IMG/VR virus record: IMGVR_UViG_3300027822_000294
Source: a virus
Length of the DNA stretch: 64,000 bases
Strand: one strand, 5' to 3'
Part shown: piece by piece, positions 37,966 through 48,064 of the stretch
Layout: each line of letters opens with the position of its first letter
How positions within the stretch are numbered: position 1 is the stretch's first letter
Program-made: the position numbers and the translations under genes
The notes under the pieces: model-generated
Told to the model about the DNA's origin: nothing
What the model saw: the letters and a program-made list of their open reading frames with translations, nothing else
Databases searched by the model: none

Positions 37966-38958
37966 TCACCTTTTTATTTTTTTAATTAAAATTCTTCTAT
38001 AAACCATTGTTAAATAACCTTCTACGCCTTCGGTTGTATAATAAATTTTATTGTGTGGTTTTTCTTGCCAAAGTAATTTTGCAGATGAATTTGAACCTCC
38101 TTTATTATTAGTTATAGAGCCATTTATATTATGTCGTTTAATATTTATATATTGTTTTGTTGGAGTTTCTTCAAATTCAACTAACCCTGAAGTAATACCC
38201 ACAATTTTAAATTGTTTAGGATTATGTTTAATAATAAAAGATACAGGTACGCCCATTACACCATCATAATCTATAGGTATATCTTTAATTTTATCCACAT
38301 TTATAGCATTATAATTATCATATTTTGGATATTCCACAGAATTATATTTTTTTGTTAAAATTAAATCTTTAATATTATGACGTTCTTTATAATCTAAATT
38401 GGTAAACCAACAAACAGGTACAATAAAACTTATACTTTTTTTATTTAATCCTAGCCATACTTTATTATATTTAATAAAAGGAAAAATATCTTTACAAATA
38501 ATAGCATTTATATTCCCTATTATTAAAAACTTTTTATTGTATTTAATTAATTGAGCAAAATATTCTTTAAACAAAGAAAAGGGTGGATTTGTAACAACAA
38601 TATCAGCTTGTTTTAATAGTTCAATACATCCCTCACTTCTAAAATCACCATCCCCATTTAGTTTTTTATTATTTAATTTTTGTCCTTCATAATATTCTAA
38701 ATATATACCTTTATCATTAGCTTTATAACAAGAAACAATAAGTTTTTTTAATTTTAGTTTTTTAAAATTAGATAAAAAATAATTAAAAAAATTACTATGT
38801 TCAGGGTCATCACAATTACAATAAATAATTTTATTTTTAAAATGAGATTTATAATGTTTTAACTCTTTTTCTATATCTATAAGCTGTGTATAAAACTCAT
38901 CATTTTTTTCTTTTCTTGATTCATTAAGATTATTATTATTTCGTTTATTTTTTATCAT
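37966..38958 (-). CDS. EcoRI-family adenine methyltransferase B
   Basis: Same motifs as A. Tandem paralog with a shortened central variable segment and a longer C-terminus. Confidence 0.88.
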   Translation of the reverse strand: MIKNKRNNNNLNESRKEKNDEFYTQLIDIEKELKHYKSHFKNKIIYCNCDDPEHSNFFNYFLSNFKKLKLKKLIVSCYKANDKGIYLEYYEGQKLNNKKLNGDGDFRSEGCIELLKQADIVVTNPPFSLFKEYFAQLIKYNKKFLIIGNINAIICKDIFPFIKYNKVWLGLNKKSISFIVPVCWFTNLDYKERHNIKDLILTKKYNSVEYPKYDNYNAINVDKIKDIPIDYDGVMGVPVSFIIKHNPKQFKIVGITSGLVEFEETPTKQYINIKRHNINGSITNNKGGSNSSAKLLWQEKPHNKIYYTTEGVEGYLTMVYRRILIKKIKR

Positions 38959-40721
38959 TCTCCCTTATACCACTTTCTTCCTTGTTCGTCAATATGTATT
39001 CCTGTTTCTTCTAAATCTTGTACCATTGTGTTTATAAATTCTTGTCCATCATCTAATATAAAAGGTAATTTAAAAATATTACTATTATTATTTCTTATAT
39101 CATTTAGTATATCTTTAACACTACTATTTTTAAGCGTTGCAATAAGAGTATTAAAATTTTGTTGAGAAAATAGCCAAGCAAATAACACCAATGTTGAAAC
39201 TAAATCATCATGTGTACTGGTATTAGCAGAAAATGTATCATTTGATTTTTTAGTATAATTACTTATTTCATTGATTGTTACAGTATCTTCAAGAAATAAT
39301 ATCTCTTTTTCTAAAATATTTTTCAAATAAGAACAACCAATTCTTTTAGTTAATTTTGTTATCCTTAACCCTATAAATTGGTTCGGAGCAGTATTTAAAG
39401 AATAAGGAACAGATGACTCCTCCTCGATAAAATCAAAAATTGTTATTTCTCTTAAATCATATTTAACCTTTTTAGGATTATAGTTTACAGTTAATAATTT
39501 ACTTGTTCCATAACTTGTAGCAAAATTATCGGCTATCTGATGACCTACTTCGTTTATTTCAAAAAGTATCATAGAATTTTTAAATATTGTAGACACTTTA
39601 TAAATTATATGGTGGTAATCTAGTGGCAAAATATCATTATAATAAAAAATTGCAACTTGTCTAATAGGTTCTTCGGATATATCAAAAACTGATATAGCAG
39701 AATAATCTTGTTTAAGTCCATGAGCAGAGTCTATTGTTATGATATATAAATGTTCTGGATTATATTCTTTATAAACAGTTAAAAAATAATCTCTCTCTTT
39801 TGTAAAAACTAAATAAGATTTATATTTTGCATTTACTTGTTGATTTAATTTTTTAATACAAATAGCACTTATAAGAGTATTTTTCGCTCCAACAAGTTCA
39901 CACTCATATTCTTTTAAAAATGCTTCTTCACCTATATTTTTTATTGTTTCTTTTTTCCACATCTGTCCACGTCCCGGAGTTTTACTCCAATGAACTTTTA
40001 TTGGACAATATTCATTTTTCTTTGCAACAGCGTCATTCCACATTTTATAATATAAATCTATTGTATTTAAAGTTGAAATAATTATAATTTTACTAGACTT
40101 TCCTGATGATATTGTAGGATAAACAGAATTAAAAAACTCTGTTTGAATAGAATATGGAACAAAAGCAAATTCATCAAGAACTAATAAATTTACGCTTAAT
40201 CCTCTAATAGCAGATGAACTGGTTGAGCCAGCAATTATTCTACTCCCATTTTCCAATTCAATACTTTTTTTATTCCATTCTTTTATTCCATGTTGTAGCC
40301 ATAGAGGAATAGCCTCATAAGCCTTTCTAATTTTATCTAAAATTTCAATAGCAGTTGTTTGTTTATTCCCTAGTAGAACAGCATTATAATCTCTATTAAA
40401 TAAAACATACCATAATAAAATTGCCGAAACTGTTACCGTTTTTCCAGATTGTCTTGCAAGTTGACATATTACAAACCTTTCTTTTTGTACTGTTTTTACA
40501 ATATTTTTTTGATAAGGATATAAATTAAAAGGTACAAAACCCCTATCTATATTTACAATTTTCACATAATTTTCAATAAAATAAACAATATTATTTTTAC
40601 ACTTTAATATTTCAGCGATATTATCTTCAGTAAAATTGATTTTTTGATTAAGTTTTTTTAGACAAGGATTTGAAAGATAACTTTGGACATTACTCGATTT
40701 TGTTTTCTTAATAGCTCCCAT
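38955..40721 (-). CDS. gp17: Terminase large subunit gp17
   Basis: YLSNPCLKK, QLARQSGKT, LVLDEFAFVP, IISTLN, EYECE, IDSAHGLKQDYSA, HDDLV. Confidence 0.95.
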   Translation of the reverse strand: MGAIKKTKSSNVQSYLSNPCLKKLNQKINFTEDNIAEILKCKNNIVYFIENYVKIVNIDRGFVPFNLYPYQKNIVKTVQKERFVICQLARQSGKTVTVSAILLWYVLFNRDYNAVLLGNKQTTAIEILDKIRKAYEAIPLWLQHGIKEWNKKSIELENGSRIIAGSTSSSAIRGLSVNLLVLDEFAFVPYSIQTEFFNSVYPTISSGKSSKIIIISTLNTIDLYYKMWNDAVAKKNEYCPIKVHWSKTPGRGQMWKKETIKNIGEEAFLKEYECELVGAKNTLISAICIKKLNQQVNAKYKSYLVFTKERDYFLTVYKEYNPEHLYIITIDSAHGLKQDYSAISVFDISEEPIRQVAIFYYNDILPLDYHHIIYKVSTIFKNSMILFEINEVGHQIADNFATSYGTSKLLTVNYNPKKVKYDLREITIFDFIEEESSVPYSLNTAPNQFIGLRITKLTKRIGCSYLKNILEKEILFLEDTVTINEISNYTKKSNDTFSANTSTHDDLVSTLVLFAWLFSQQNFNTLIATLKNSSVKDILNDIRNNNSNIFKLPFILDDGQEFINTMVQDLEETGIHIDEQGRKWYKGE

Positions 40722-40723
40722 CG

Positions 40724-41374
40724 CTATATATCAAACGGTTTTAGAAAAGTAAAACAGCCCGTAGAATTATCTTTTATTATAATCTGGTGTGATGGATTTT
40801 TACGATTATATTCTTTTATAGCCTGTCCAGTTTCATCTTCACCAACATATTCTGTCCACTTTGCGTATTTTTTCTTGCCTCGTACACATTTATTAAATTT
40901 ATCGCTATTTAAACAAAAAACTATATTATTTGCCCAAACATCAGTTTTTATATCTGGATATTTATTTTTTATTCTTCTTTGAGCTAATTTTAAAGGTTTA
41001 GAAAATATATCAACATTAGCTGTGGTATTTGCTATAGTATTTTCTTCTTCTTGAATTAACATACCATCTTTATATATATCTTCCCTTAATAACATTATTG
41101 ATAAAGCAAAAGAAGATAACAACCTACTATTACCCAACAAACGTTTTATATTAAATAAAAATATATGAAAAGATGTGTAAGAGTGTTTTTCTTTTGCAGT
41201 TTTTAATGCTCTTCTTTTCTTTAATGTTTTACCTTCATCGTCTATTATCCCTAATTTATATGCGGGTAAATCCTTCCAATCAGCAGATAATATTTTTAAT
41301 ATATTATATAAAACTATAGTGCTTCCAATGTCTGCCAACGCTCCATCAACTTTATCCCAATCTATTCTAGCCAT
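40724..41374 (-). CDS. Conserved T4-like-phage hypothetical protein
   Basis: AYKLGIIDDEGK, SYTSFH..FNIKRL, KKKYAKWTEYVG. TATAAATA at 41394-41401. Confidence 0.65.
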   Translation of the reverse strand: MARIDWDKVDGALADIGSTIVLYNILKILSADWKDLPAYKLGIIDDEGKTLKKRRALKTAKEKHSYTSFHIFLFNIKRLLGNSRLLSSFALSIMLLREDIYKDGMLIQEEENTIANTTANVDIFSKPLKLAQRRIKNKYPDIKTDVWANNIVFCLNSDKFNKCVRGKKKYAKWTEYVGEDETGQAIKEYNRKNPSHQIIIKDNSTGCFTFLKPFDI

Positions 41375-41396
41375 TTTATAATCACCTTATAATTAT

Positions 41397-41798
41397 TTAT
41401 AATTTGTTAAGCATTTCAAATAATTCTTCATCTATTTCTATTTTATTTATATCCAGAATGATTTTACAATTAAACAATTCTACATTATCGTAAGTAGAAC
41501 AAAAATTTAAAAAAACAAGGAATGTCTTTAATAATGAGTAGTGTTCTTCATTGATTTTTGAAAAAAGAAGTCTTAATAAATAAGTTTTTTCAAAAGTGTT
41601 ACCCAATAAAACAAAATAATTTAAGGTCAATCTTAAATTGATTTTATGCTTTATTTTATATTGATTTAATATTTTTTTTATATATTTCAGTGTTACATAA
41701 TCCTTTTCAAATTCAGAAAAATTATTATTTGTATAATATTTTATACTGTTCTGTTTTATTTCTTCTTCGGTTAAAATTTCTTGTTGTTGTAATGTCAT
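41397..41798 (-). CDS. Conserved T4-like-phage hypothetical protein
   Basis: FEKDY..LKYIKK, RLTLNYFVLLGNTF, LKTFLVFLN. The start at 41798 avoids a long overlap. Confidence 0.65.
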   Translation of the reverse strand: MTLQQQEILTEEEIKQNSIKYYTNNNFSEFEKDYVTLKYIKKILNQYKIKHKINLRLTLNYFVLLGNTFEKTYLLRLLFSKINEEHYSLLKTFLVFLNFCSTYDNVELFNCKIILDINKIEIDEELFEMLNKL

Positions 41799-41808
41799 TG
41801 TTACCTTT

Positions 41809-42744
41809 TTAGTTTTTTTTAATAAAAATTCTTTTAAAAGTTTCTTTTCCATTTAAAAAAGAACTTTTGCCATAAATTTTGTTCAAGTCTTGATTTATAC
41901 CTCTATTTGAACCCAAAATTTTAAATTGTTCAGGATTATATTTATCAAGAAAAGTTACAGGTACACCCAATACACCTATATAATCCATTGGTATATCTTT
42001 TACTTTGTTTATATTTATAGCATTATAATTATCATATTTTGGATAATCTTCAGAATTATATTTTTTTGTTAAAATTAAATCTTTAATATGACGTTCTTTA
42101 TAGTCTAAATTAGTAAACCAACAAACACTAGGAACTCGATTTACTTTTTCTCCTTTTTGTTCTCTTTTAAATTTATAGGAATCAGCATAAACAAAATCAG
42201 AAGGTACTTTAAAATATAAGCCTTTATTAAAATTTGTTACTCCTAACCATACTTTATTATCTCTAAACAAAGGAAAAATATTTTTATAAGTAATAGCATT
42301 CATATTTCCTATTATTAAAAATTTTTTATTGTATTCAACTAATTGATTAAAGTATTCTCTAAACAAAGAAAAAGGCGGATTTGTAACAATTACATCAGCT
42401 TGTTTTAAAAGCATTATACATTCTTCACTTCTAAAATCACCATCATCATTTAATTCTTTATTATTTAATGTTTGTTCTTCATAATATTCTAAATAAATTC
42501 CTTTGCCATTATTATTATAACAAGAAACAATTAGTTTCTTTAATTCTAATTTTTTAAAATTCTCTATAAAATAATTAACAAAATTACTATGTTCAGGGTC
42601 ATCACAATTACAATAAATAATTTTATTTTTAAAGTGGGGATGATAATATTTTAATTCTTTTTCTATATCTTTAAGCTGTGTATAAAATTCATCTTTTTTT
42701 ACTTTTCTTGCTTCATTAAGATTATTATTTTTTTGTTGACTCAT
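41809..42744 (-). CDS. EcoRI-family adenine methyltransferase C
   Basis: KKDEFYTQ, CNCDDP, VTNPPFSLFREY, VCWFTNL. Confidence 0.9.
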   Translation of the reverse strand: MSQQKNNNLNEARKVKKDEFYTQLKDIEKELKYYHPHFKNKIIYCNCDDPEHSNFVNYFIENFKKLELKKLIVSCYNNNGKGIYLEYYEEQTLNNKELNDDGDFRSEECIMLLKQADVIVTNPPFSLFREYFNQLVEYNKKFLIIGNMNAITYKNIFPLFRDNKVWLGVTNFNKGLYFKVPSDFVYADSYKFKREQKGEKVNRVPSVCWFTNLDYKERHIKDLILTKKYNSEDYPKYDNYNAININKVKDIPMDYIGVLGVPVTFLDKYNPEQFKILGSNRGINQDLNKIYGKSSFLNGKETFKRIFIKKN

Positions 42745-42753
42745 ATATAATAT

Positions 42754-43305
42754 TTACTCAATGATAAACCAAAAATCGCCATTATTGCCATCGGTTATTT
42801 TAGGTTCTACTTCTGAAACATATTTAACAGACCCTTCCCATTTTAAATTGATTACTTTTGATAGATTTTTAATATTTGTTGCCTCAGTATAATACGAACC
42901 TTCCCTATTATCTAATAAATCAGCATTTAGATTTTTAATAGGTTTTGAGTTTGCTGGAACATCAATATTAGATAAATCATTATTTAATAAATTAGATATA
43001 ACAACGTTGTTATTATCCACACTTAAATATTTAGTAGAAATTTTATCTGTTATTATATCTGTTTTATTAGTTATATTTTCAGTAGTTAAAGTTTTAGTAA
43101 TTAAAGATTCTGATACAAATAAATTTTCTATATCTCCAGTATCAGCTATTAAATTATTTTTTATAACCATATAATTTGTTGTAATTGTATTTGAAAAATC
43201 TAATATTTTATTAGAAAGTTCTTCAATATTGTTTAACAACAAATTAAAAGATTCTCTGAACTCATCAATAGTATTATTTAAAGTAAGTTGTTTAATGATT
43301 ACCAT
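42754..43305 (-). CDS. Tail-fibre/baseplate-associated structural protein
   Basis: NTIDEFRESFN N-terminal motif, LNADLLDNREGSYY, GNNGDFWF. TATAAATA at 43312-43319. Confidence 0.55.
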   Translation of the reverse strand: MVIIKQLTLNNTIDEFRESFNLLLNNIEELSNKILDFSNTITTNYMVIKNNLIADTGDIENLFVSESLITKTLTTENITNKTDIITDKISTKYLSVDNNNVVISNLLNNDLSNIDVPANSKPIKNLNADLLDNREGSYYTEATNIKNLSKVINLKWEGSVKYVSEVEPKITDGNNGDFWFIIE

Positions 43306-43340
43306 TATTCTTATTTATAAAAAGTTTATTAAAAATATTA

Positions 43341-43367
43341 AAAAATAGGGGGATATTTCTATCCCCC
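43341..43367 (-). terminator. Intrinsic terminator
   Basis: GGGGGATA-gaaa-TATCCCCC followed by TATTTTTT on the - strand. Confidence 0.8.
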
Positions 43368-43395
43368 AAATTTTAATTATATCTAGTTCCTTTTT

Positions 43396-45057
43396 TTATT
43401 TTACTGTGGTATCAACTGGTGGAGGTGTAAGTCCTCCACTTTCTTCACAACCAATCTGAAGGATACTTCTTAAAATTTCCATAATTTTTTTAAATATGTT
43501 TATAATTAGTCCACTCAATCCTTTATCTAACCCAATAGGTGAATATTCCAAAAGTTTTCCTAATATATCTTTAAGTTTTTCTCCGACTTCACCAAAACCT
43601 CCTAATATATCTTCAAGTTTTCCACCAAGTTCACCATCGCCTAGCCCAATACCTTTTAATATATCTTTAATCTTTTCTACAAATCCACCACCACCTTTTA
43701 ATATATCTTCAAAAGTTCCTCCAAGTCCACCATCACCTAATCCAATATCACCCAATTTTCCTGAAAGTCCAGCAAACAATTCTTTTAAACTACTAATTGG
43801 TTTAAGAGGTGAAAAATCTTTTAAACTTTCAAATAAAGTTTCAACTACATCTTTAATCTTACCTAAACTTGGTTTAAATATATCTGTATTTAAAAATTTC
43901 GTTACAACCATTTCCAAAAGTTTCAACAACCCCATTATATTTTCAAAAGGGATTAACTTAACAAAAGCGTCAAATACAGGCAATAAAGTATTTACTAACG
44001 TTCCCATAAATGTCCTTTCTTCCCAATATCCTTTTACCGTATCACTCATTGCAAGTATAACATCTGGAGATAATTTCCTTGATGTCATTATTTTTAACAA
44101 GCAATAAACCCATACAAGCCCACTATCCAAAAACTTTTTAAATGAAGATACTAGTGCTACTGGAACAACAACAATTCCTGCTAGAAAACTTGCTTGTGAA
44201 GCAATTATATTCATTATTGTTACCACAATAAAGAATACAAATAAAGGTAATGTTAATATATTTAAAAATGGTATAGGCAAACTTAACATAGACAATAAAG
44301 CACCTATAGAAGACAACCCCCCAGCAAATGTAGTAACAACACCAATACTAGGTACTAATATTGCAACACCTAAATACAATATAGCATATCCAATACTTTC
44401 AACAAAACCACATAAACCATAGACCAAAGTTATAGCACCTTCATTTGTCAAATCTACAGTTGTTATATTTATTAGCATATAGACAAGTAGAGCAACATTT
44501 TCAGGATTACTTCTAAATCCCAAAATTGGTAAAGCCGAAGTTAAAAAATTAGTTGTAGCCATTAAAAACTTTTCTACGCTTGGTAAAACGTATTCGTCTC
44601 TAACTTTATCTACAACACCCTCAGCCATACTACCAATACTATTTCCTATCAAAGAAAATAACAACGACTCAGGAAATTCCTCACCAGTTTGCTGTGATAA
44701 AGTTTTTTTATTTAAAGCAGAAAGAAGATAATCATAATTCATTATATTAATTAAACCTTCTTGAGTCAATTTAATTTTTTTCTTACTTTCTTCGGACAAA
44801 GTTTCGTCTAAACAAAGTTTTGTTACTTCATCATCATACTTAGCTTTAGCATTTTTTATTTTAGAAAGAAAATTATGAGAACCACCTGCCAAAAAATCTT
44901 TTACTTCACCCTCATCTTTAAAACTATCCTTTGATTTTTTCCTAAATGCTTCAACAGTAATATTCAATTCTTTTATTACTTTCTCCGATTGTTGAGTTTC
45001 TTCATCTATCATTTCCTCAACGGTTTTTTTTGATTTTTCTTGTTCTTTGTTTTCCAT
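43396..45057 (-). CDS. Late multi-pass membrane protein with Gly-rich repeats
   Basis: About 100-aa hydrophobic stretch and a repeated GLGDGxLGG..EDIL unit. TATAAATA at 45111-45118. Confidence 0.6.
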   Translation of the reverse strand: MENKEQEKSKKTVEEMIDEETQQSEKVIKELNITVEAFRKKSKDSFKDEGEVKDFLAGGSHNFLSKIKNAKAKYDDEVTKLCLDETLSEESKKKIKLTQEGLINIMNYDYLLSALNKKTLSQQTGEEFPESLLFSLIGNSIGSMAEGVVDKVRDEYVLPSVEKFLMATTNFLTSALPILGFRSNPENVALLVYMLINITTVDLTNEGAITLVYGLCGFVESIGYAILYLGVAILVPSIGVVTTFAGGLSSIGALLSMLSLPIPFLNILTLPLFVFFIVVTIMNIIASQASFLAGIVVVPVALVSSFKKFLDSGLVWVYCLLKIMTSRKLSPDVILAMSDTVKGYWEERTFMGTLVNTLLPVFDAFVKLIPFENIMGLLKLLEMVVTKFLNTDIFKPSLGKIKDVVETLFESLKDFSPLKPISSLKELFAGLSGKLGDIGLGDGGLGGTFEDILKGGGGFVEKIKDILKGIGLGDGELGGKLEDILGGFGEVGEKLKDILGKLLEYSPIGLDKGLSGLIINIFKKIMEILRSILQIGCEESGGLTPPPVDTTVK

Positions 45058-45149
45058 GTTCTTAACCCCTCCAAAAAGATTAAAACTTTATTTTTTTATT
45101 TATTCGCTTTTATTTATAATATTTAATTTTAACATATATTTTTTATATT

Positions 45150-45914
45150 TTATTTAAACAAACTAAAAAATAAATTATCTCCCGAATAAAATAATAAGAA
45201 TATTGCTTTTGATAATTTTCTATAACCAAATTCAAATTGATAAGTTAAATCAGAATTAGCACATTTACAAAATGGCTCTCGAAAATTTAAAAAAACGTTA
45301 TCTCCTCTGGCTGTAGTTGAAGAAATCCTTAAAATTCCTAAAAATGGGTATTTACTATCACAACCAGTAATATACTGTGTTCCTATAGTTCTTATATTAG
45401 TATAATAATATAATGGATAACCTTTTGATACTATAGGTAAAGAAATATTCCCCTTTTTTATTGAACTCGTTTTATTCAAATCTTTTTCTTGAAATAAATT
45501 AAATTGTTGTCCTGATGTTCTAATATTAAAATCACTTTTTAAAATACCATTATCGTCATAAAATATATTAGAACCAGTCTTATCTGTAATGACAGAAGTT
45601 CTTAATCCTTTTTCAAAATTAAAATAGTTATTTTGATTTATTATTGATTTATTAGATAGTTTTAATGTGTCTTTTGATAATTTACAATCGTTATAGTTTA
45701 GATAATTTTTTGATATTTCATTATTTGTATTTTTTATTAAAATTTTATTTAAATTTAAATTATTATTTTCTGAAATTTTGACATTTTCTAGGTTGAGATT
45801 TCCAGAATAAAAATTAAACATATCTTGATTATTATATACTTTTTTTATTTCAGTTATAAAATTATTGATATTTACAATTAAAGTTTTAACATTGTCGTTT
45901 TTGATTGCAATCAA
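45150..45914 (-). CDS. Hypothetical structural protein (tail-fibre region)
   Basis: Asn-rich, located in the fibre-like cluster. Confidence 0.45.
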   Translation of the reverse strand: MIAIKNDNVKTLIVNINNFITEIKKVYNNQDMFNFYSGNLNLENVKISENNNLNLNKILIKNTNNEISKNYLNYNDCKLSKDTLKLSNKSIINQNNYFNFEKGLRTSVITDKTGSNIFYDDNGILKSDFNIRTSGQQFNLFQEKDLNKTSSIKKGNISLPIVSKGYPLYYYTNIRTIGTQYITGCDSKYPFLGILRISSTTARGDNVFLNFREPFCKCANSDLTYQFEFGYRKLSKAIFLLFYSGDNLFFSLFK

Positions 45915-45933
45915 TTTTTATATCCCCAAAAAT

Positions 45934-46722
45934 TCACATCCACAGATTCATTAAAAAAGGTTGACTTGGTTCTTTAAAAAAAGAACATATTTTTGACTCT
46001 TTAGGTTTTAAAACTATATCTTTAACAATAGAAGAAAACCCATTCCTAAAAGAAAAAAAATGAGAAGTTTCACTTTGATTTTCTAAAATAACTATCGCAA
46101 GACCCAAATAAGTACGATACCCAATTAAATCTATAGAAAATGTTGTGGATTTTTCTGCCAGCATGTTACAATGTTTTATTTGATGTGTGTTTAAATTAAA
46201 ATTAAATACTGTTGACTCATTTCCTGTTTTTATATCTATTGTTGTTGTATCTATATCATAGTCAATTATATAACCCTGAATCTCTATAGGGTGTGAAAAT
46301 TGAATTGCCGAACCAGTAAAATTGATATGTGGAGTAGTTGAAACATTATCTAAATAAATATTTCCGTCAAATAATTTTATAGGTTGTGAAAATGAAAAGC
46401 TATCGTTTTGAAAAGAAATATCTCCTGTACCAATCTGTAAATTATTTTCACTTAATTTTGTATTAGCTACATTTAAACTATTTTTATCTAATAATATAGT
46501 ATCATCAGAATTTTTTATAGAACCGTTATCACTTAAAGATACATCACCATCAATAGTTAAATTACCGTTGATTTTAAAATTGCTCAATGAAGAAATATAA
46601 CCCTCTTCTATATTTCCTAAATAAACCTTTTCGGTCATAGTTTGAGTTATCTCTATTGCTTCATTAGTTTTTTTAATGAACTCGTCAAAAGTATCTTTAA
46701 GACTTATAATTTTCAACTCCAT
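45934..46722 (-). CDS. Tail-fibre-like structural protein
   Basis: SLKDTFDEFIKKTNE N-terminal motif shared with 42754..43305, then beta-rich repeats (INGNLTIDGDV). Confidence 0.55.
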   Translation of the reverse strand: MELKIISLKDTFDEFIKKTNEAIEITQTMTEKVYLGNIEEGYISSLSNFKINGNLTIDGDVSLSDNGSIKNSDDTILLDKNSLNVANTKLSENNLQIGTGDISFQNDSFSFSQPIKLFDGNIYLDNVSTTPHINFTGSAIQFSHPIEIQGYIIDYDIDTTTIDIKTGNESTVFNFNLNTHQIKHCNMLAEKSTTFSIDLIGYRTYLGLAIVILENQSETSHFFSFRNGFSSIVKDIVLKPKESKICSFFKEPSQPFLMNLWM

Positions 46723-46728
46723 TAATTT

Positions 46729-47748
46729 TTAATAAAAATCCAATATATTTAAAGATTTTATAACATTTTCTATTGGATTAACCATCGTAATATCTTCACC
46801 ATTTGGTTTATTAATACCTGCGAACAACAATCCAATAATTTTATTTGTATCCTTTAGTATAACCGAAGAACCAGAGTCTCCACCATCAGAAAAAGGAGAA
46901 CCCAAACCCTTAACCATTATTTGGTCTTCAAACATTCCCATCCCCACACCATAATCAACTGATATTGTGGTACTTACATCTTCAACAATTCCAATAGTAT
47001 GTCCAGTAGTTCTTCCGTTCTTTTCGAGTGAATCAAATAAATTAACGTCAAAATATGGTTCTAATTGTGGTTCTTTAAAATCAATTCTTGAACTTAATCT
47101 TGCCAAAGCACCATCTACTTTATTATATTTAGGTCTATTCCAAAATAAATTTTGATTTTTTATTGACTTCGTCTGAAAAGGAAAATTATTATATTCTATT
47201 AAACTTAATTTTTTCCACTCTGTTAATTCCGCTACTTTATTTCTCATTATCATACCACCATCATAAGTTCCCGGCTGTAAAATACTATCATATAAATCAG
47301 CTAAATTTGAGTTCGCTAACACATGATTATTTGATAAAATACAAGGTAATCTTCTACTATCTCTTACAAAAGTTCCAATAGACCCCGAAGATACTTGATA
47401 ATGACCAATAGAATAACCTATCTCCAAAGGTCTTATTTTATTTGTAAATTTATTAGTTTTAAGACTATTACTTTGCGACATCACTTTAGGATAATTTTTT
47501 AATTCTACAACATCAATATCTATATATCTGAATACTCTAGGTAATAAAGTCAACCCTCGACTTAAAACTTCAATTTCTGGTAATTTATTTTTAACATAAA
47601 CCTTTATAGATAAAATTTTTGTTTTTTGCCCTGCTATTTCTTTATATCCTATACCCACCCCAATTATATGATGTAAATGATTTACCATATATTTTTTAAT
47701 AAACTTCCGTTTTACTTTATTTAATTCTTTTATATCTTCTAATATCAT
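46729..47748 (-). CDS. NAL1-type trypsin-like serine protease
   Basis: IIGVGIG..K N-domain, ILSNNHVLA (His), VDGALA (Asp), FSDGGDSGS (Ser), KNGRTTG. TATAAATA at 47777-47784. Confidence 0.85.
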   Translation of the reverse strand: MILEDIKELNKVKRKFIKKYMVNHLHHIIGVGIGYKEIAGQKTKILSIKVYVKNKLPEIEVLSRGLTLLPRVFRYIDIDVVELKNYPKVMSQSNSLKTNKFTNKIRPLEIGYSIGHYQVSSGSIGTFVRDSRRLPCILSNNHVLANSNLADLYDSILQPGTYDGGMIMRNKVAELTEWKKLSLIEYNNFPFQTKSIKNQNLFWNRPKYNKVDGALARLSSRIDFKEPQLEPYFDVNLFDSLEKNGRTTGHTIGIVEDVSTTISVDYGVGMGMFEDQIMVKGLGSPFSDGGDSGSSVILKDTNKIIGLLFAGINKPNGEDITMVNPIENVIKSLNILDFY

Positions 47749-47791
47749 TTTTATAACTCCCGTTAACGTTTTATTTTATTTATAAAAAAAT

Positions 47792-48064
47792 TTAATTATC
47801 ATCCGCAAAAACATCGTTAGAACCCGGAGCTAACTTACAATCGCAAGTTGCTTTGTCGTCTTTTCTACATATACCTTTACCACAAGCAAATACAGTATCA
47901 GAACATTCTTTCATTGTTGCGTTTGCGTGGTTTCCTTTTCCGTGATTTTCTATACTATCACCCTTTACAGCAATCACATCACCATTTGCAAAAACACTAT
48001 CCGCCTGTTCCCCTATAATTTTTCCACCAGCTTTGTCTACTTGATTTCTTCCAACTTTTGACAT
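47792..48064 (-). CDS. gp5.4: PAAR-like spike tip (gp5.4)
   Basis: DSVFANG..IAVKGD, H..G.H, TVFACGKGICRKDD.ATC, GSNDVFA. Directly follows gp5. Confidence 0.85.
   Translation of the reverse strand: MSKVGRNQVDKAGGKIIGEQADSVFANGDVIAVKGDSIENHGKGNHANATMKECSDTVFACGKGICRKDDKATCDCKLAPGSNDVFADDN

Noticed and set aside
13781-40721. Introns or inteins in gp43, nrdJ or gp17
   Set aside because: ORFs are continuous and of normal length, with no intein splice motifs seen.
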